64,000 bases of DNA from Planktothrix sp. GU0601_MAG3. GTDB lineage: Bacteria; Cyanobacteriota; Cyanobacteriia; Cyanobacteriales; Microcoleaceae. Each line of letters opens with the position of its first letter. The first letter of the stretch is position 1. The notes beneath the pieces were generated by a model. It saw only the letters and a list, made by a program, of their open reading frames with translations, was not told where the DNA came from and ran no database searches. Below are positions 34,673-46,170 of the stretch, in pieces. The stretch is taken from contig CP136572.1 of assembly GCA_035193785.1 (NCBI GenBank), positions 4,468,578 to 4,532,577 on the forward strand, given 5' to 3'. Position numbers and translations under genes: made by a program.

Positions 34673-35558
34673 TTAAACCAAAATTCCCTCTGCAACTTTG
34701 ATCACATTTCCTCCCACTTCCACTTGAATCAAATCTCCTATTTTTTCAGCTTTTAATAAAAGTAAAGAAGGACGATCAATTTCATATCCTTGTTCTACTC
34801 TAATATTAACTTGATCGGAGCCAAAGTAACAATAATGTGACAAATATCCCGCCAAACAACCATTAGCACTTCCGGTTGCCGGGTCTTCTACAATTCCTAA
34901 AGCGGGTGCAAACATTCTAGCACATAACTGATTTTCGGGATGATGGGTTTCAGGACAAAATATAAAAATTTCCTGGGCTGTTGTTATTTTAATAAACTCA
35001 GCATAACGTTCCAAATCAACCTTGGCTTTTCTTAATGCAGACTGAGTTTTTAACGGAACAATAATAAACGGAATCCCGGTCGAAACCTCTTGAATGGGAT
35101 AGTTAGTATCAAAATCACAGGGTTCTAAATTAAGAACAGGGGCTAATAGTTGATGATCATAACTATGAGTAAATTCAGGAGAATTTTGTTGCATCCAGAG
35201 AATTTTTTTTCCTGATTCTTCAGGTTTCCAAGTCACCGGAATTTGACCCACCGCCAAATTTAAAATTACCTGAAAAACATCAGTTTTAATCATTTCTTCG
35301 GCAATCATATAAGCAGTTTCCCAAGGTCGGATGACCCGCAAAAGGTAATTCCTTTTTGGGGGTAAAAATTCGCACGGGATAACCTCCATTTTTAGGTTCA
35401 TAATCACCAATAAATGTGGTTTCTGAATAATTCATTTCTTGGGCAATTTTGAGCATTTCTTGATCAGATAATAACTCAACTCCCTCACCCCAAATAACCG
35501 CCAATTGATTTCCGGTATATTGGGTTTCGGCAAAAACATCAACAATTGAGAATTTCAT
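34673..35558 (-). CDS. PhzF-family isomerase (frameshift at 35316-35320)
   Basis: VDVF...GNQLAV, EMNYSETTF, ELPFAGHPTLG, EDPATGSANG. Confidence 0.9.
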
Positions 35559-35567
35559 AGGATAGGG

Positions 35568-35646
35568 ATCGCGGATTTAAGAGGATTTCGCGGATTTCAC
35601 GGATTTTTATTTGTGTTAATCTGCGTCATCTTCTTAAATCCGTGAT
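35568..35646. repeat. ATCACGGATT palindromic element
   Basis: Near-identical to 20919-20997. Confidence 0.85.
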
Positions 35647-35677
35647 TAGTAATGGGTAATAGGTAATAGAAATAGTT

Positions 35678-35945
35678 TACCTCCCCCGCTCCCCTACCTC
35701 CCCTACCTCCCCTACCTCCCCTACCTCCCCTGCTCCCCTACTCCCCCTGCTCCCCCTGCCTCCCCTGCCTCCCCTACCTCCCCCGCTCCCCTACTCCCCC
35801 TACCTCCCCTACCTCCCCTACCTCCCCTACCTCCCCTACCTCCCCTGCTCCCCCTGCCTCCCCTGCCTCCCCTGCTCCCCTACTCCCCTACTCCCCTACT
35901 CCCCTACTCCCCCTGCTCCCCCTGCTCCCCTGCTCCCTCTTACCT
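35678..35945. repeat. ~270-bp C-rich short tandem repeat tract
   Basis: About 30 iterations of CCTCCCCTA/CTCCCCCTG-like units. Confidence 0.9.
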
Positions 35946-37262
35946 TCACCTTTGATTCCAACTTTTCTCTGCATCTGCGATCGCTTGATCAACTGTTTTT
36001 TGATTCAACATTGCAGCTTGTAGATTATCATAAATGACTTTTTGCAACTGTTTAATATCTTTTTTGGGAGGAATTAAAACCTGGGCATTTTTGAGTTCTT
36101 CTGCACTAATTAAACGGGCTTGATCTGCTACAGTTGAATCTTTAGGTAGGGTGGTGAAATAACCATCTTTAAGAGCTTCTTGAATAGAAGGTAAAACATT
36201 AGCAGCCTTTGCAAACGCTAGTTGATTTGTACTATTAGTTACAAACAAAGCAAACTTCAAAGATTGTTCGGGAACATCCGTTGATTTGGGCATAACTAAA
36301 TTCATAACCGCCACCGTGGTTTTCCTCGTATCTCCCGTAATTTGAGGGGCGGGAATAGAAACCTTAGCCACCGTGGGTGCATTTTGACCAATAGCTTTTA
36401 AAAACTGTGGCCCCGATGTTAATAACGCTATTTCTCCCGCCTGATATAATTCAATTGCCCGGCGATGTCCCTGGGTTAAAACCTCCTTGGGAAGCAATTC
36501 TTTTTGATATAAATTAACCCAATATTCAAAAGCTGCTTTTCCCTCGGAAGTATTAAAAGCTGCCTGCCCATTTTTATCTAGTAATACCACTCCCATCTGT
36601 ACTAAAGATTGTAAAACCTGAGCGGAATCTTCCGGTACAAAAGAGACAAAAAACGCATATTTTCCCGTTTTTTCCTTGACTTGGGCGGCGACTTTTGCTA
36701 ATTCCTTATAGGTTTTAGGAGGTTGATTGACTCCCGCCTGTTGCAGCAATTGTTGATTATAAATTGTCAGTTGGGTCGTTAAATACCAAGGAATCCCAAA
36801 GGTAATATTTTCACATTTATTCTTAGGACAAATATCGATTTTATTAGCCTGCCAAATATTCGGTAAATATTGAGATTGCACCGTTTCAGGAACCCTATCA
36901 TTTAGATTTAACCAAGCATTCCGTCCCGCTAATAAAGAGGCAAAATCAGGATTTAAGTTAATCACATCGGCGGCTGTTTTTGCCGCCACCGCCGCCAGCA
37001 CCTTACTTTCCATAGCAGACCAAGGAATATCAACCCACTTCACCTTAATATCTGGATTTTCCGCTTCAAAATTAGCAATTAATTGATTAAAATAATCCGT
37101 AAATTGTGGCTGGAGTTGCATTGTCCAAAACTCAACTTCCTGCTTACTATTTTGAGAAGTGGGAGAAGGAGTAGAACAACTAACCCCCCAACTTAAACAT
37201 AACCCTAAAACCAATAATAAACCAAACCGTTTCCAAGATTTTAATTGTTGCATTTTATTCAT
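35946..37262 (-). CDS. Sugar ABC transporter substrate-binding lipoprotein
   Basis: Lipobox VSC, FWTMQL.P.F, WVDIPW, PWYLT. Confidence 0.85.
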   Translation of the reverse strand: MNKMQQLKSWKRFGLLLVLGLCLSWGVSCSTPSPTSQNSKQEVEFWTMQLQPQFTDYFNQLIANFEAENPDIKVKWVDIPWSAMESKVLAAVAAKTAADVINLNPDFASLLAGRNAWLNLNDRVPETVQSQYLPNIWQANKIDICPKNKCENITFGIPWYLTTQLTIYNQQLLQQAGVNQPPKTYKELAKVAAQVKEKTGKYAFFVSFVPEDSAQVLQSLVQMGVVLLDKNGQAAFNTSEGKAAFEYWVNLYQKELLPKEVLTQGHRRAIELYQAGEIALLTSGPQFLKAIGQNAPTVAKVSIPAPQITGDTRKTTVAVMNLVMPKSTDVPEQSLKFALFVTNSTNQLAFAKAANVLPSIQEALKDGYFTTLPKDSTVADQARLISAEELKNAQVLIPPKKDIKQLQKVIYDNLQAAMLNQKTVDQAIADAEKSWNQR

Positions 37263-37452
37263 AAATTAACTAAACCGGATAAATTTTGTTAGACTATATC
37301 TTATATCTTCCTTCGTGTATTTGTGTATTTGTGTCTTTGTGGTGACTTATACAGTCAAAAAATCCCAGGTATTGATCAAAAAAACAGGGTAACATGGGAA
37401 AAATAATTGTACCTGTTTACCCGGATCGATCACTCAAACTAAAAATAAAAAT

Positions 37453-38545
37453 ATGGTTAGTCTATTAAAAGGACTGTTTTCCAAGCGGAAGCCAGGAATT
37501 GGCATCGAGTTATCCACGGAAACGAATTAATCTCGTCGAACTGCGGAAAAAAGGCAACCAATTAAAGTTAGTCACCTTAGCGACTACTCCAGTTCCCGAG
37601 GGAATTGTCCAAGATGGTCAAATTGTCGATACCCCGGCCATGGCTGAGTTAATTCAGTCCACTGTCACCGATAACAATATCAAAGCCAAGACCGTTGGCA
37701 CATCCATCCCCGGACGAGAGGCCGTAACTCGGATTATTCCGGTTCCGGCCGAACTCAATGACGACGAACTCAAAGACTACATGAACGCCGAGTCGGGATT
37801 GTACCTTCCCTTTCCCCGGGAAGAAGGAGACGTCGATTATCAAAAATTAGGGCGATTTGTAGATGAGGATGGCATCGAAAAAGTACAGGTTTTATTAGTC
37901 GCCACCCGCAAAGAAGTGACGGATACCTATGTAGAAACCTTTGCTCAAGCGGGTTTAAAAGTTACGGTATTAGAAGTCAGTAGTTTTTCTCTAATTCGTA
38001 CCCTCAAACACCAACTCGAGCAGTTTTCCTCCACCGAAGCCGCGATTATTGCCGATATTCAATTTGATAGTACGGAATTAGCGATTGTTGTCGATGGTAT
38101 TCCCCAATTTAACCGCACCATTCCCATTGGTCTATTCCAAGTGCAAAGTGCCTTAAATGGCGCGATGAATTTACCTCCAACGAGGGATGTCAGTGAATTA
38201 CAGGCTATGACCCTTCCCGTGACTGATACAATGGGAGCATTAAACGATCCGAATCCGGGAACCAATGCCATCATTAAGGTTTTCGCAGAATTAGCCGATG
38301 AACTGCGGCGTTCCGTTGATTTTTATATTAATCAAAGTGATGGCTTAGAAATGGCACAGTTACTATTAACTGGCCCAGGGGCCGCCATTGGACAACTCGA
38401 TGAGTTTTTCATGCAGCGGTTAGCCATGCCCGCCACCCAAGTTGACCCGATTGAATCCCTCGCCCTTGCCTTTGAGCGGGAAATTCCCCCAGAACAACGT
38501 GCTAGTTTAGGAGTGGCACTAGGTTTAGGAATGCGAATGACCTAA
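37453..38545 (+). CDS. pilM: Type IV pilus assembly protein PilM (frameshift at 37519-37523)
   Basis: GIGIEL, LYLPFPREE..VDYQ, VLLVA, ELRRSVDFY, LGLGMR. Confidence 0.9.
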
Positions 38546-38589
38546 ATTCGGGATCACTCAGCCGTAAACCGTCAATACTTCAATTGATT

Positions 38590-39424
38590 ATGTATAACTT
38601 AGAGATCAACTTTTTGAATGATCGACCCGATTTATTAGAACGGGAAGTTCGACGACAGGTGAGTACCACCCAGAATGTTGACCAGACTCCTCTTTTAATT
38701 GGGGTCGGGGCAGCTTTAGCCCTGAATGCCATCATTGGGGGGGCTTGGTTTGTTTTTGATCGACAAAATGCCGATTTACAACGGGAAACTCGATACCCTG
38801 GTTGCCACCTTGGGAACAAAGACATCAGAAGTACAAGCCTTAGATCAAATTAATGCCCAAACTGCTAAAGCCAATCAGGAAGCGGACGCCTTAGCCACCG
38901 TGTTTAATCAGATTAAACCCTGGTCAGCCCTTACCCTAGAATTAGGACAACTGATGCAGGTCGCCGGGGTGAGAATTGTTGATGTTAAACAAACTGAACC
39001 CGTAATCGCCCCCGCAGCAGCAGCCCCCGCAGCAGCAGCCCCCGCCGACGCCCAAGCCGCGGCCCCACCTCCGCCACCGGAACCCGAAACCGCTAAATTA
39101 GAAATTTCAGGAGTGGCTAACTCATTCACCCAAATTAATGACTTTGTATTATTACTGAATCAATCTCCTTTCTTTAATGGGGAAAAAACCCGATTAATTT
39201 CGGCTAAATTAGAAGACAATTCCACCCAACTTGTGTCCAAACTAGCCAGTAAGGACGGGGAGAATCTTAAACCCCAGTTACAATCGGTGGTCAAATATAC
39301 GATTGAAACAAATCTCAGTCGAGCCACCGCTTCCGAGTTGTTACCCGAGCTCCAAAGTAAGGGTGCTTTAGGATTGGTGAATCGAATTAAAACCCTTCAG
39401 GAAAAAGGAGTCATCAAGCAATGA
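38590..39424 (+). CDS. pilN: Type IV pilus assembly protein PilN (frameshift at 38785-38789)
   Basis: MYNLEINFLNDR, IKPWSA, NDFVLLL..SPF; operon position. Confidence 0.88.
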
Positions 39425-40209
39425 CCGTAGCTAATGAATTTATTCAAGATGTGGAAGACGAGGGCGGTGGGCCAGTTATCTTTGGTATTGCCCTAACGCC
39501 AAAAATTATGGGAATTGGCGCCGGAGTTGTTGGCGTCCTCCTAGCGGGTTTCTTAATTTATAAATTAGTGCTTCCCACCTTAACCACAGGACAAACTCTG
39601 CGGGAAGATATTAAAACTAAACAAGACGAAATTGAGAAACAAGATCAACGTTTGCGCGAAAAAGATAAGGCTAAAAAAGAATTAGATGCGGCTAAAGTTC
39701 GTCGAGATACAGTTACGGCTTTATTTGCCGATGATGCCAGTTTAGAAACCCTGTTATTTGATATTAACGAACAGATTAATAAAATTAATGCTGGGGTCAT
39801 CGATGGTCGCAAACAAGCCCAACTCACCCAGTTTAAACCTATTCCCCTGGAAAAACCAGAGGATGAAATTGTTAATGATAGTACCTTGGGGTCAGAGGTA
39901 AATGGCAAACTCAGAAGACGTAGGTATGAAGTTGAATTTACAGGCAGTTTTGAGCAAACTCGCCAGTTTTTAGTTGCTTTAGAAAGACTACAACCTTTGT
40001 TAGTAGTCAGGGGCTTAAAATCCCAATTAGGGGATACAACTTCTGTAATTGAGGGAGAATATCGACAAGGAAAATTTATTCCTTCTCCTAATCAACCTCA
40101 ACGACAACTAAAAAGTAGTTTTGAATTACAGGTGTTACTCCCCTTGAGTCAAGAAGAAGTTAAAGCAGCAGCGGCGGCGGCGGCAGCGGCGGCTGAACCT
40201 CCTAAATAG
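39421..40209 (+). CDS. pilO: Type IV pilus assembly protein PilO
   Basis: FGIALTP + TM helix + coiled coil, TLLFDIN, LERLQPLL; operon position. Confidence 0.85.
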   Translation: MTVANEFIQDVEDEGGGPVIFGIALTPKIMGIGAGVVGVLLAGFLIYKLVLPTLTTGQTLREDIKTKQDEIEKQDQRLREKDKAKKELDAAKVRRDTVTALFADDASLETLLFDINEQINKINAGVIDGRKQAQLTQFKPIPLEKPEDEIVNDSTLGSEVNGKLRRRRYEVEFTGSFEQTRQFLVALERLQPLLVVRGLKSQLGDTTSVIEGEYRQGKFIPSPNQPQRQLKSSFELQVLLPLSQEEVKAAAAAAAAAAEPPK

Positions 40210-40331
40210 TTGGAACTTTTGGCCCAAGTTGTTGTAAGGTATCAGGATATTAGGGATTGAAGTGTTGAGGCGTTGAGGTGTTGGCTGTTAAACTAACACC
40301 CAAAATTTAGATATTGTGTTGAGGAGCAAAC

Positions 40332-42666
40332 GTGAAACATTTTCAAAGAATTGGTACAGGAATTTTAACTGGTGCTGCGATCGCCATTGTGGCACAAACC
40401 CCGGTATTTGCCCAAACTCAAGTCCAGGATATCCGACTGGTGGAAATGAACGGGGAAGTCGCTTTAGTCCTAGTCACCCGTAGCGGAGAACGACCGGAGG
40501 TTTTTGTCGTCAGACGGGGCAATGATTTTGTTGCGGATATTATCAATACCCAACTTCCTGCCCAAAAACAAAACTTTCAACAAAATAATCCCCTCCCTGG
40601 GATTGCTTCAGTGGTGGTAACCCAACTGGATTCTAGCAGTGTGCGGGTGATTGTCAGTGGGGTGAATGGTTCCCCCGATGCCCGGATTATGCAAGGGTCT
40701 AACGAGGGTATTGTGATTAGTATGGGTTCGGGTACTGTTGCCCAAGTACCTAATCAAGTTCCACCCCCAGCACCCCCAGCAGCACCAGCACCCCCAGCCA
40801 GAAGCCCTCAACCCGTATTAGTTCCCGATCCTCAAATTACCATTGATGGCCGCAATGCTCCCCAGAGTGGGATTCGCCCTTCCGATGCGGCTCCGCCTTT
40901 CCTTCCCCGGGCCGTCGCCCCACCCTTGGGAGATATAGCCGTTTCTAATATTAACGCCGGAATCCCTGCCATTCAGCTTAATACCACTCAACGGATTCCT
41001 CGTTTAGTCTTACGAGATGCCCCGGTCAGTGATGTCCTAGCCCTATTAGCGAGAACGGCCGGACTGAATTTAGCAATAAGTAATTTAATCAAAGATTCCG
41101 CGAGTGGTGACTTCAGAGCCCCCAATGATGAGAAGGAAGAAAACCAAATTCTAGGGCGAAAAATATCCTTAGATATTGAAAATGAGTCTGTGGAAGATGT
41201 TTTTAACTATGTTTTGCGTTTAAGTGGATTACAAGCTAATCGTGTAGGAAATACGATTTTTGTCGGGGTGAAACTGCCCACTGCTGCCAGTGATGTCGTA
41301 GTTCGCAGTCTCAGACTGAATCAAGTTCCCGCAAGCACCGCCGCTGGTTTTTTGAGTAGTCAAGGGGCAGGAAACTCAAATTCAGGTCGATCAAATTCGG
41401 ATCGAGGAAGTGGGAACCGGGGTAAATAGCCGATTTGTGGAAACCCGAACACCCGCAATTACATCCTTAGCAGCTAAAGAGTCCGATAGTCCCTTGGTAC
41501 TCCGAGGATTATCCATCTCCGTCGATGAGCGACTCAATTCTATTACTCTGGTTGGCCCGCCACACTTAGTACAAACCGCCGTGGCGATGTTAACCCAGCT
41601 TGATCTACGTCAACGTCAGGTGGCCGTTAATGTTAAAGTTGTTGACGTCAATTTGAGTGGAGAAGAAGCCGCCAGTAGTAGTTTCTCCTTTGGGGTTAAC
41701 GATACCTTCTTTGTCAATGATGGTGGAGCCGCATCGGTTAATTTTGGTGGGTATAATCCCCCGAGCCGGGACAATGCAACCGATGGGATTAATGCCCGAC
41801 CAATTATTCGGAATCGAACCAGTGACGGTATACTTTTGGACAGTCAGAGTCCTTTTTATAATCCTAATGCACTGTCTACAACTCCTTTAACAGCACCCGG
41901 AGGGGGCATTGGTTTAGACCCCATAGCCCCGGTTACCGAGCGTCCGGGTCAAATCGGAATTTCTAATTACACCCCCTTTACTAGAAATTTACAAACGGGC
42001 GCACTGACTGGTTTAGGTTCAACCACGAATAGCATTTTTCCCTTCTTCCAATATCCCCGCAAGTTCTTATCAACTTTAACCGCTCAAATTATTAGTGGTA
42101 ATGCTAAGATTCTCACCGATCCAACCCTAGTGGTTCAGGAGGGTGAAACAGCAAAAGTGGCCCTAGTTGAAGAAATTGTTAAATCAGTCACAACAACATT
42201 TGTAGACACGGTTTCCGGGACAAGGGACAGCAAAGACTTTACCTTTCAAGATGTGGGTTTAACCCTGGATGTTAACGTGGAACGGATTGATGATAATGGC
42301 TTCGTTTCCATGCGAGTTAACCCGACCGTGAGCGCCCCCGGAGATCAAGTCGATGCTGGCGGCGGTGATTTTGCCCGTCAGATTCTCAGTCGGACTGTCG
42401 AATCGGGTTTAATCCGTTTGCGTGATGGTCAAACCTTGATTTTATCAGGGATTATTCAGGAACAGGAACGAGCTACAGTTAGCAAAATTCCATTATTGGG
42501 GGATTTACCCATTGTGGGTTCATTGTTCCGCAGAACCAATAAGCAGAATTCACGGGCGGAAGTGATTGTGTTAGTCACGCCTCAAATATTGGATGACAGT
42601 GATCGCGCTCCCTACGGTTATCAATATAACGCCAGTCCCGATGCCCTACGGATGATGCAAAGATGA
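40332..42666 (+). CDS. pilQ: Type IV pilus secretin PilQ with AMIN domain (frameshift near 41370)
   Basis: PRAVAPP.GDIAVS, DERLNSITL.G, KILTDPTLVVQEG, LRDGQTLILSGII, KIPLLGDLPI.G.LFR. Confidence 0.9.
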
Positions 42667-42686
42667 TAAATCAGTAACACAGCCCT

Positions 42687-42737
42687 TTTTACCCCCCCTG
42701 CCCCCGGCCTATCCTAGCAGGGCTAGGAGGGGTAAAA
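42687..42737 (+). terminator. Stem-loop after the pil operon
   Basis: TTTTACCCC...GGGGTAAAA inverted repeat. Confidence 0.5.
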
Positions 42738-42872
42738 CCTGATTTCAACTCAAATTTCTAGCTTACTGCTCGGTTGAAGTTGACAATGATTAGTCACTTC
42801 GTTCTTATCAGTTAACAGCCAACAGCTATACTATTGATTGCTTCATGCCAATTCTAAGGAGTAAAAACTCAA

Positions 42873-43178
42873 ATGAACAAAGGTGAATTAGTGGACGCCG
42901 TAGCAGAACGGGCCAGTGTAACTAAAAAACAAGCTGATGCGGTGTTAACGGCAGCTTTAGAAACCATCATGGAAGCGGTTTCCAATGATGACAAAGTGAC
43001 ACTGGTTGGCTTTGGTTCCTTTGAGTCCCGCGAACGGAAAGCCCGTGAGGGTCGTAACCCGAAAACTGGGGAAAAAATGGAAATTCCAGCCACCAAAGTC
43101 CCGGCTTTTTCATCGGGCAAACTATTCAAGGAAAAAGTGGCCAGTACCAAAGCAGAGCCAGATAGTGATGAGGACTAA
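42873..43178 (+). CDS. hup: Histone-like DNA-binding protein HU
   Basis: MNKGELVDAVA, VTLVGFGSFE, GRNPKTG, VPAFSSGK. Confidence 0.97.
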   Translation: MNKGELVDAVAERASVTKKQADAVLTAALETIMEAVSNDDKVTLVGFGSFESRERKAREGRNPKTGEKMEIPATKVPAFSSGKLFKEKVASTKAEPDSDED

Positions 43179-43187
43179 TTTCTAGGC

Positions 43188-44294
43188 GTGGAAGCAACCC
43201 ATTCACCCCGTCATGGGGGAAATTTGATTTGGGCTGCGACCGTGGCCGACTGCTCTCCCTTGGATATTCTGGATTTTTCCGCCAGTATTAATCCTTGGGG
43301 GCCACCTTCGTCGGCTCTGGTGGCAATTCAAGACCATCTGAGGGATTTAAAAGCCTATCCCAATCCTGATTATGGACAGTTGAGACAAGCGATCGCCACT
43401 CAAATCAACCGCGAAACCTCTGGGTTGAGCGAAGCCGAAACCGGATCGAACTTCCTGGGGGCGGATTGGATTTTACCCGGCAATGGGGCAGCAGAGTTAC
43501 TGACCTGGGCAGGAAGGGAACTGGCAGCCTTGGATGCGACCTATGTAATAACCCCCGCCTTTGGGGACTATGGGCGCTCACTCAAGGCTTTTGAGGGAAA
43601 TGTGATTGAGTGTCCGCTTGCGATGGCTGCTGTGGAGTTGGATTTCTCTATGCCTCAACCCTTGAGTTCTAACTCGGGGTTATTATTAAATAATCCCCAT
43701 AACCCCACCGGAAAACTGTTTGCTTCTGAGATATTATTGGAATCCTTAAAACAGTTTGCTTTGGTGGTGGTGGATGAGGCATTTATGGATTTTTTACTTC
43801 CCAGCCAACAGCAAAGTTTAGTTTCTTGGGTTAAGGAATATGAAAATTTAGTGATTTTGCGATCGCTAACCAAATTCTATAGTTTACCCGGACTGCGTTT
43901 AGGATATGCGATCGCCAATCCCCAACGCTTAGAAAAATGGCAACGGTGGCGCGATCCTTGGCCTGTAAATAGTTTGGCGGTGGCGGCGGGAATTGCTGTT
44001 TTAAAAGATGATGAATTTCAACAACAAACCTGGAATTGGTTGGAAGCATCCCGACCCCAATTATATCATAATTTAGCCAATATCTCAGGATTAAAACCCT
44101 ATCCGGGTGCAGCTAATTTTATTTTGGTAAAATCCGATTATTCGGTTTCTAAATTGCAATTAAATCTGTTAAAAAAACATCGAATTCTAATTCGGGATTG
44201 TTTGAGTTTTCCCAGTTTAGGCGATAACTATTTCCGAGTTGCAGTTAGAACCGAAGCCGAAAATCAAAGGTTAATTAATGCGTTAAGGGAATAG
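43188..44294 (+). CDS. cobD: Threonine-phosphate decarboxylase
   Basis: HGGN, DFSASINP, NPHNPTG, VDEAFMDF, RSLTKFYSLPGLRLGY. Confidence 0.9.
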   Translation: MEATHSPRHGGNLIWAATVADCSPLDILDFSASINPWGPPSSALVAIQDHLRDLKAYPNPDYGQLRQAIATQINRETSGLSEAETGSNFLGADWILPGNGAAELLTWAGRELAALDATYVITPAFGDYGRSLKAFEGNVIECPLAMAAVELDFSMPQPLSSNSGLLLNNPHNPTGKLFASEILLESLKQFALVVVDEAFMDFLLPSQQQSLVSWVKEYENLVILRSLTKFYSLPGLRLGYAIANPQRLEKWQRWRDPWPVNSLAVAAGIAVLKDDEFQQQTWNWLEASRPQLYHNLANISGLKPYPGAANFILVKSDYSVSKLQLNLLKKHRILIRDCLSFPSLGDNYFRVAVRTEAENQRLINALRE

Positions 44295-44684
44295 GGATCA
44301 CGGATTCAAGAGGATTTCACGGATTTCACGGATTTTAATCTGTGTTAATCGGCGTAATCCTTTTCAATCTGTGATCCCCATTCCCCTTCGTGTCTTTGTG
44401 TCTTTGTGGTTCAATTTAAATTGCAATTAAATCTGTTAAAAAAACATCGAATTCTAATTCGGGATTGTTTGAGTTTTCCCAGTTTGGGCGATAACTATTT
44501 CCGAGTTGCAGTTAGAAACCGAAGCCGAAAATCAAAGGTTAATTAATGCGTTAAGGGAATAGGGATCACGGATTCAAGAGGATTTCACGGATTTCACGGA
44601 TTTTAATCTGTGTTAATCGGCGTAATCCTTTTCAATCTGTGATCCCCATTCCCCTTCGTGTCTTTGTGTCTTTGTGGTTCAATT
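44150..44684. repeat. Direct tandem duplication (267/268 bp) of the cobD 3' end + ATCACGGATT palindrome
   Basis: 44150-44416 matches 44417-44684 except one A/G substitution and one extra A at 44515-44519. Confidence 0.95.
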
Positions 44685-45057
44685 AAGGTTGAACTTCTAT
44701 AGGGTTAGTAGGGTCAGTCGAAGCTTCGGTAACTTCGGGTTGTTGGAGAAGTAAACGTTGTTTTTCCCGAAATTGAGTCGCCGCATCTTGAATATTTTGG
44801 CGTTGTTTATTTCCTACCGCTTCATAATCAATATTAAATCCCCCTAACCGAGAATTATGAATAATATCTAACATTGTTTTCCCACTGTTTTCACCACTTA
44901 GGGGGTCGGGATTATCAGAGCGTTGAAATTGTTGTAAAGGGGTGGCGGAAGTGGATTGAGCTAGACTGATGGAAGTGAACCCACAAACTCCCATCCCGAC
45001 AGCCACAACCGCAGAGGAGCAGATTCCCAGAACCGATTTTAAGGCTTTAAATTGCAT
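44683..45057 (-). CDS. Exported hypothetical protein
   Basis: Signal peptide ending SLA-Q; MLDIIH motif. Confidence 0.7.
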   Translation of the reverse strand: MQFKALKSVLGICSSAVVAVGMGVCGFTSISLAQSTSATPLQQFQRSDNPDPLSGENSGKTMLDIIHNSRLGGFNIDYEAVGNKQRQNIQDAATQFREKQRLLLQQPEVTEASTDPTNPIEVQP

Positions 45058-45213
45058 GATTACAACCTCACAATTTCAAAAATAACTATAAAAACTTAGA
45101 TTCATATATTGTAGCTACTTTCTGTGAAAATCCAAAATAAATATTCCCCCCTAACATTGATGTAGGATGGGGGGAGGAATAGACAGAAAAACCTTATAAA
45201 ATTATGGGTTTGT

Positions 45214-46090
45214 TTAGGCAAAACGACGCTTTAATAAAGGCTGAATCGATAATAAAGCCACCGTTGCAAACCCGATTAATACCAACAAAGCACCGCCAAA
45301 AGTAATCGTAGCAAAGGGGGCTTCCATGACCACACTATTGAACGCCCAATCTTGATTTAGGTATAAATAACGAATGGGTTCAATCGCATAACTTAGGGGA
45401 TTCAGACAAACCACCACCTGTAACCAATGGGGCATAAAAGATAAAGGAGCCAGGGCGGTACTGGCAAATAAAAGGGGTAAATTAGTAACGAAGATCACCG
45501 CAATTAATTCAATATGACCGGGTAAGGCAAATGCTAATCCCAGACTTAAACCCGTTACTCCCAAAACCAATAGAAATACAATCAGGGTAATGATACTTAA
45601 TCCGGCAATTCCGGGCAATCCTGCCCCTAAAACGGCTCCGGTGGCAATAATTACAGAGGTTTGAATTAAACTCAAAGTAACAATATAAATAGCCGAAGCT
45701 AAAACAATTGAAAACCGGGAGACTAAAGGAGCGACTAATAACCGATTTAGAAAGCCAAATTCTCGATCAAACATAATCGGTAATCCCGCATTTAAAGCCC
45801 CGGCAAAGGCTGTAAAAACAATTACTCCCGCCCCTAAAAACTGGGCATAATTCATAGTTTCCGCCAAATAATCCCCTGGGGGCATTTTGAAATAAAGCTC
45901 CAAATAAAACCAACCACATTAAGGGTTGAATAATCCCCGCAATTAAGGTGGAAGGACGGCGTTGTAATTGAATAAATAATCTGCGGGTTAAGGCAATGGT
46001 TTCTTGCAGAAATTCTCCTACTAAATTCGGTTGCTGATCAACCGTTTGATTCGGGGTTAAAATTTTAACAGAGGTTGTTGAACTACTCAT
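45214..46090 (-). CDS. ABC-2 type permease (frameshift at 45857-45861)
   Basis: QLQRRPSTL, MFDREFGFLNRLLVAP, NPLSYAIE. Confidence 0.88.
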
Positions 46091-46170
46091 GGTTTTTGAA
46101 GTTTTGGCTGTTAATGATATAGAAATAAGGGCGGGTTTGATTAGATTGTACAAAAAATTAGGAAATCTGA

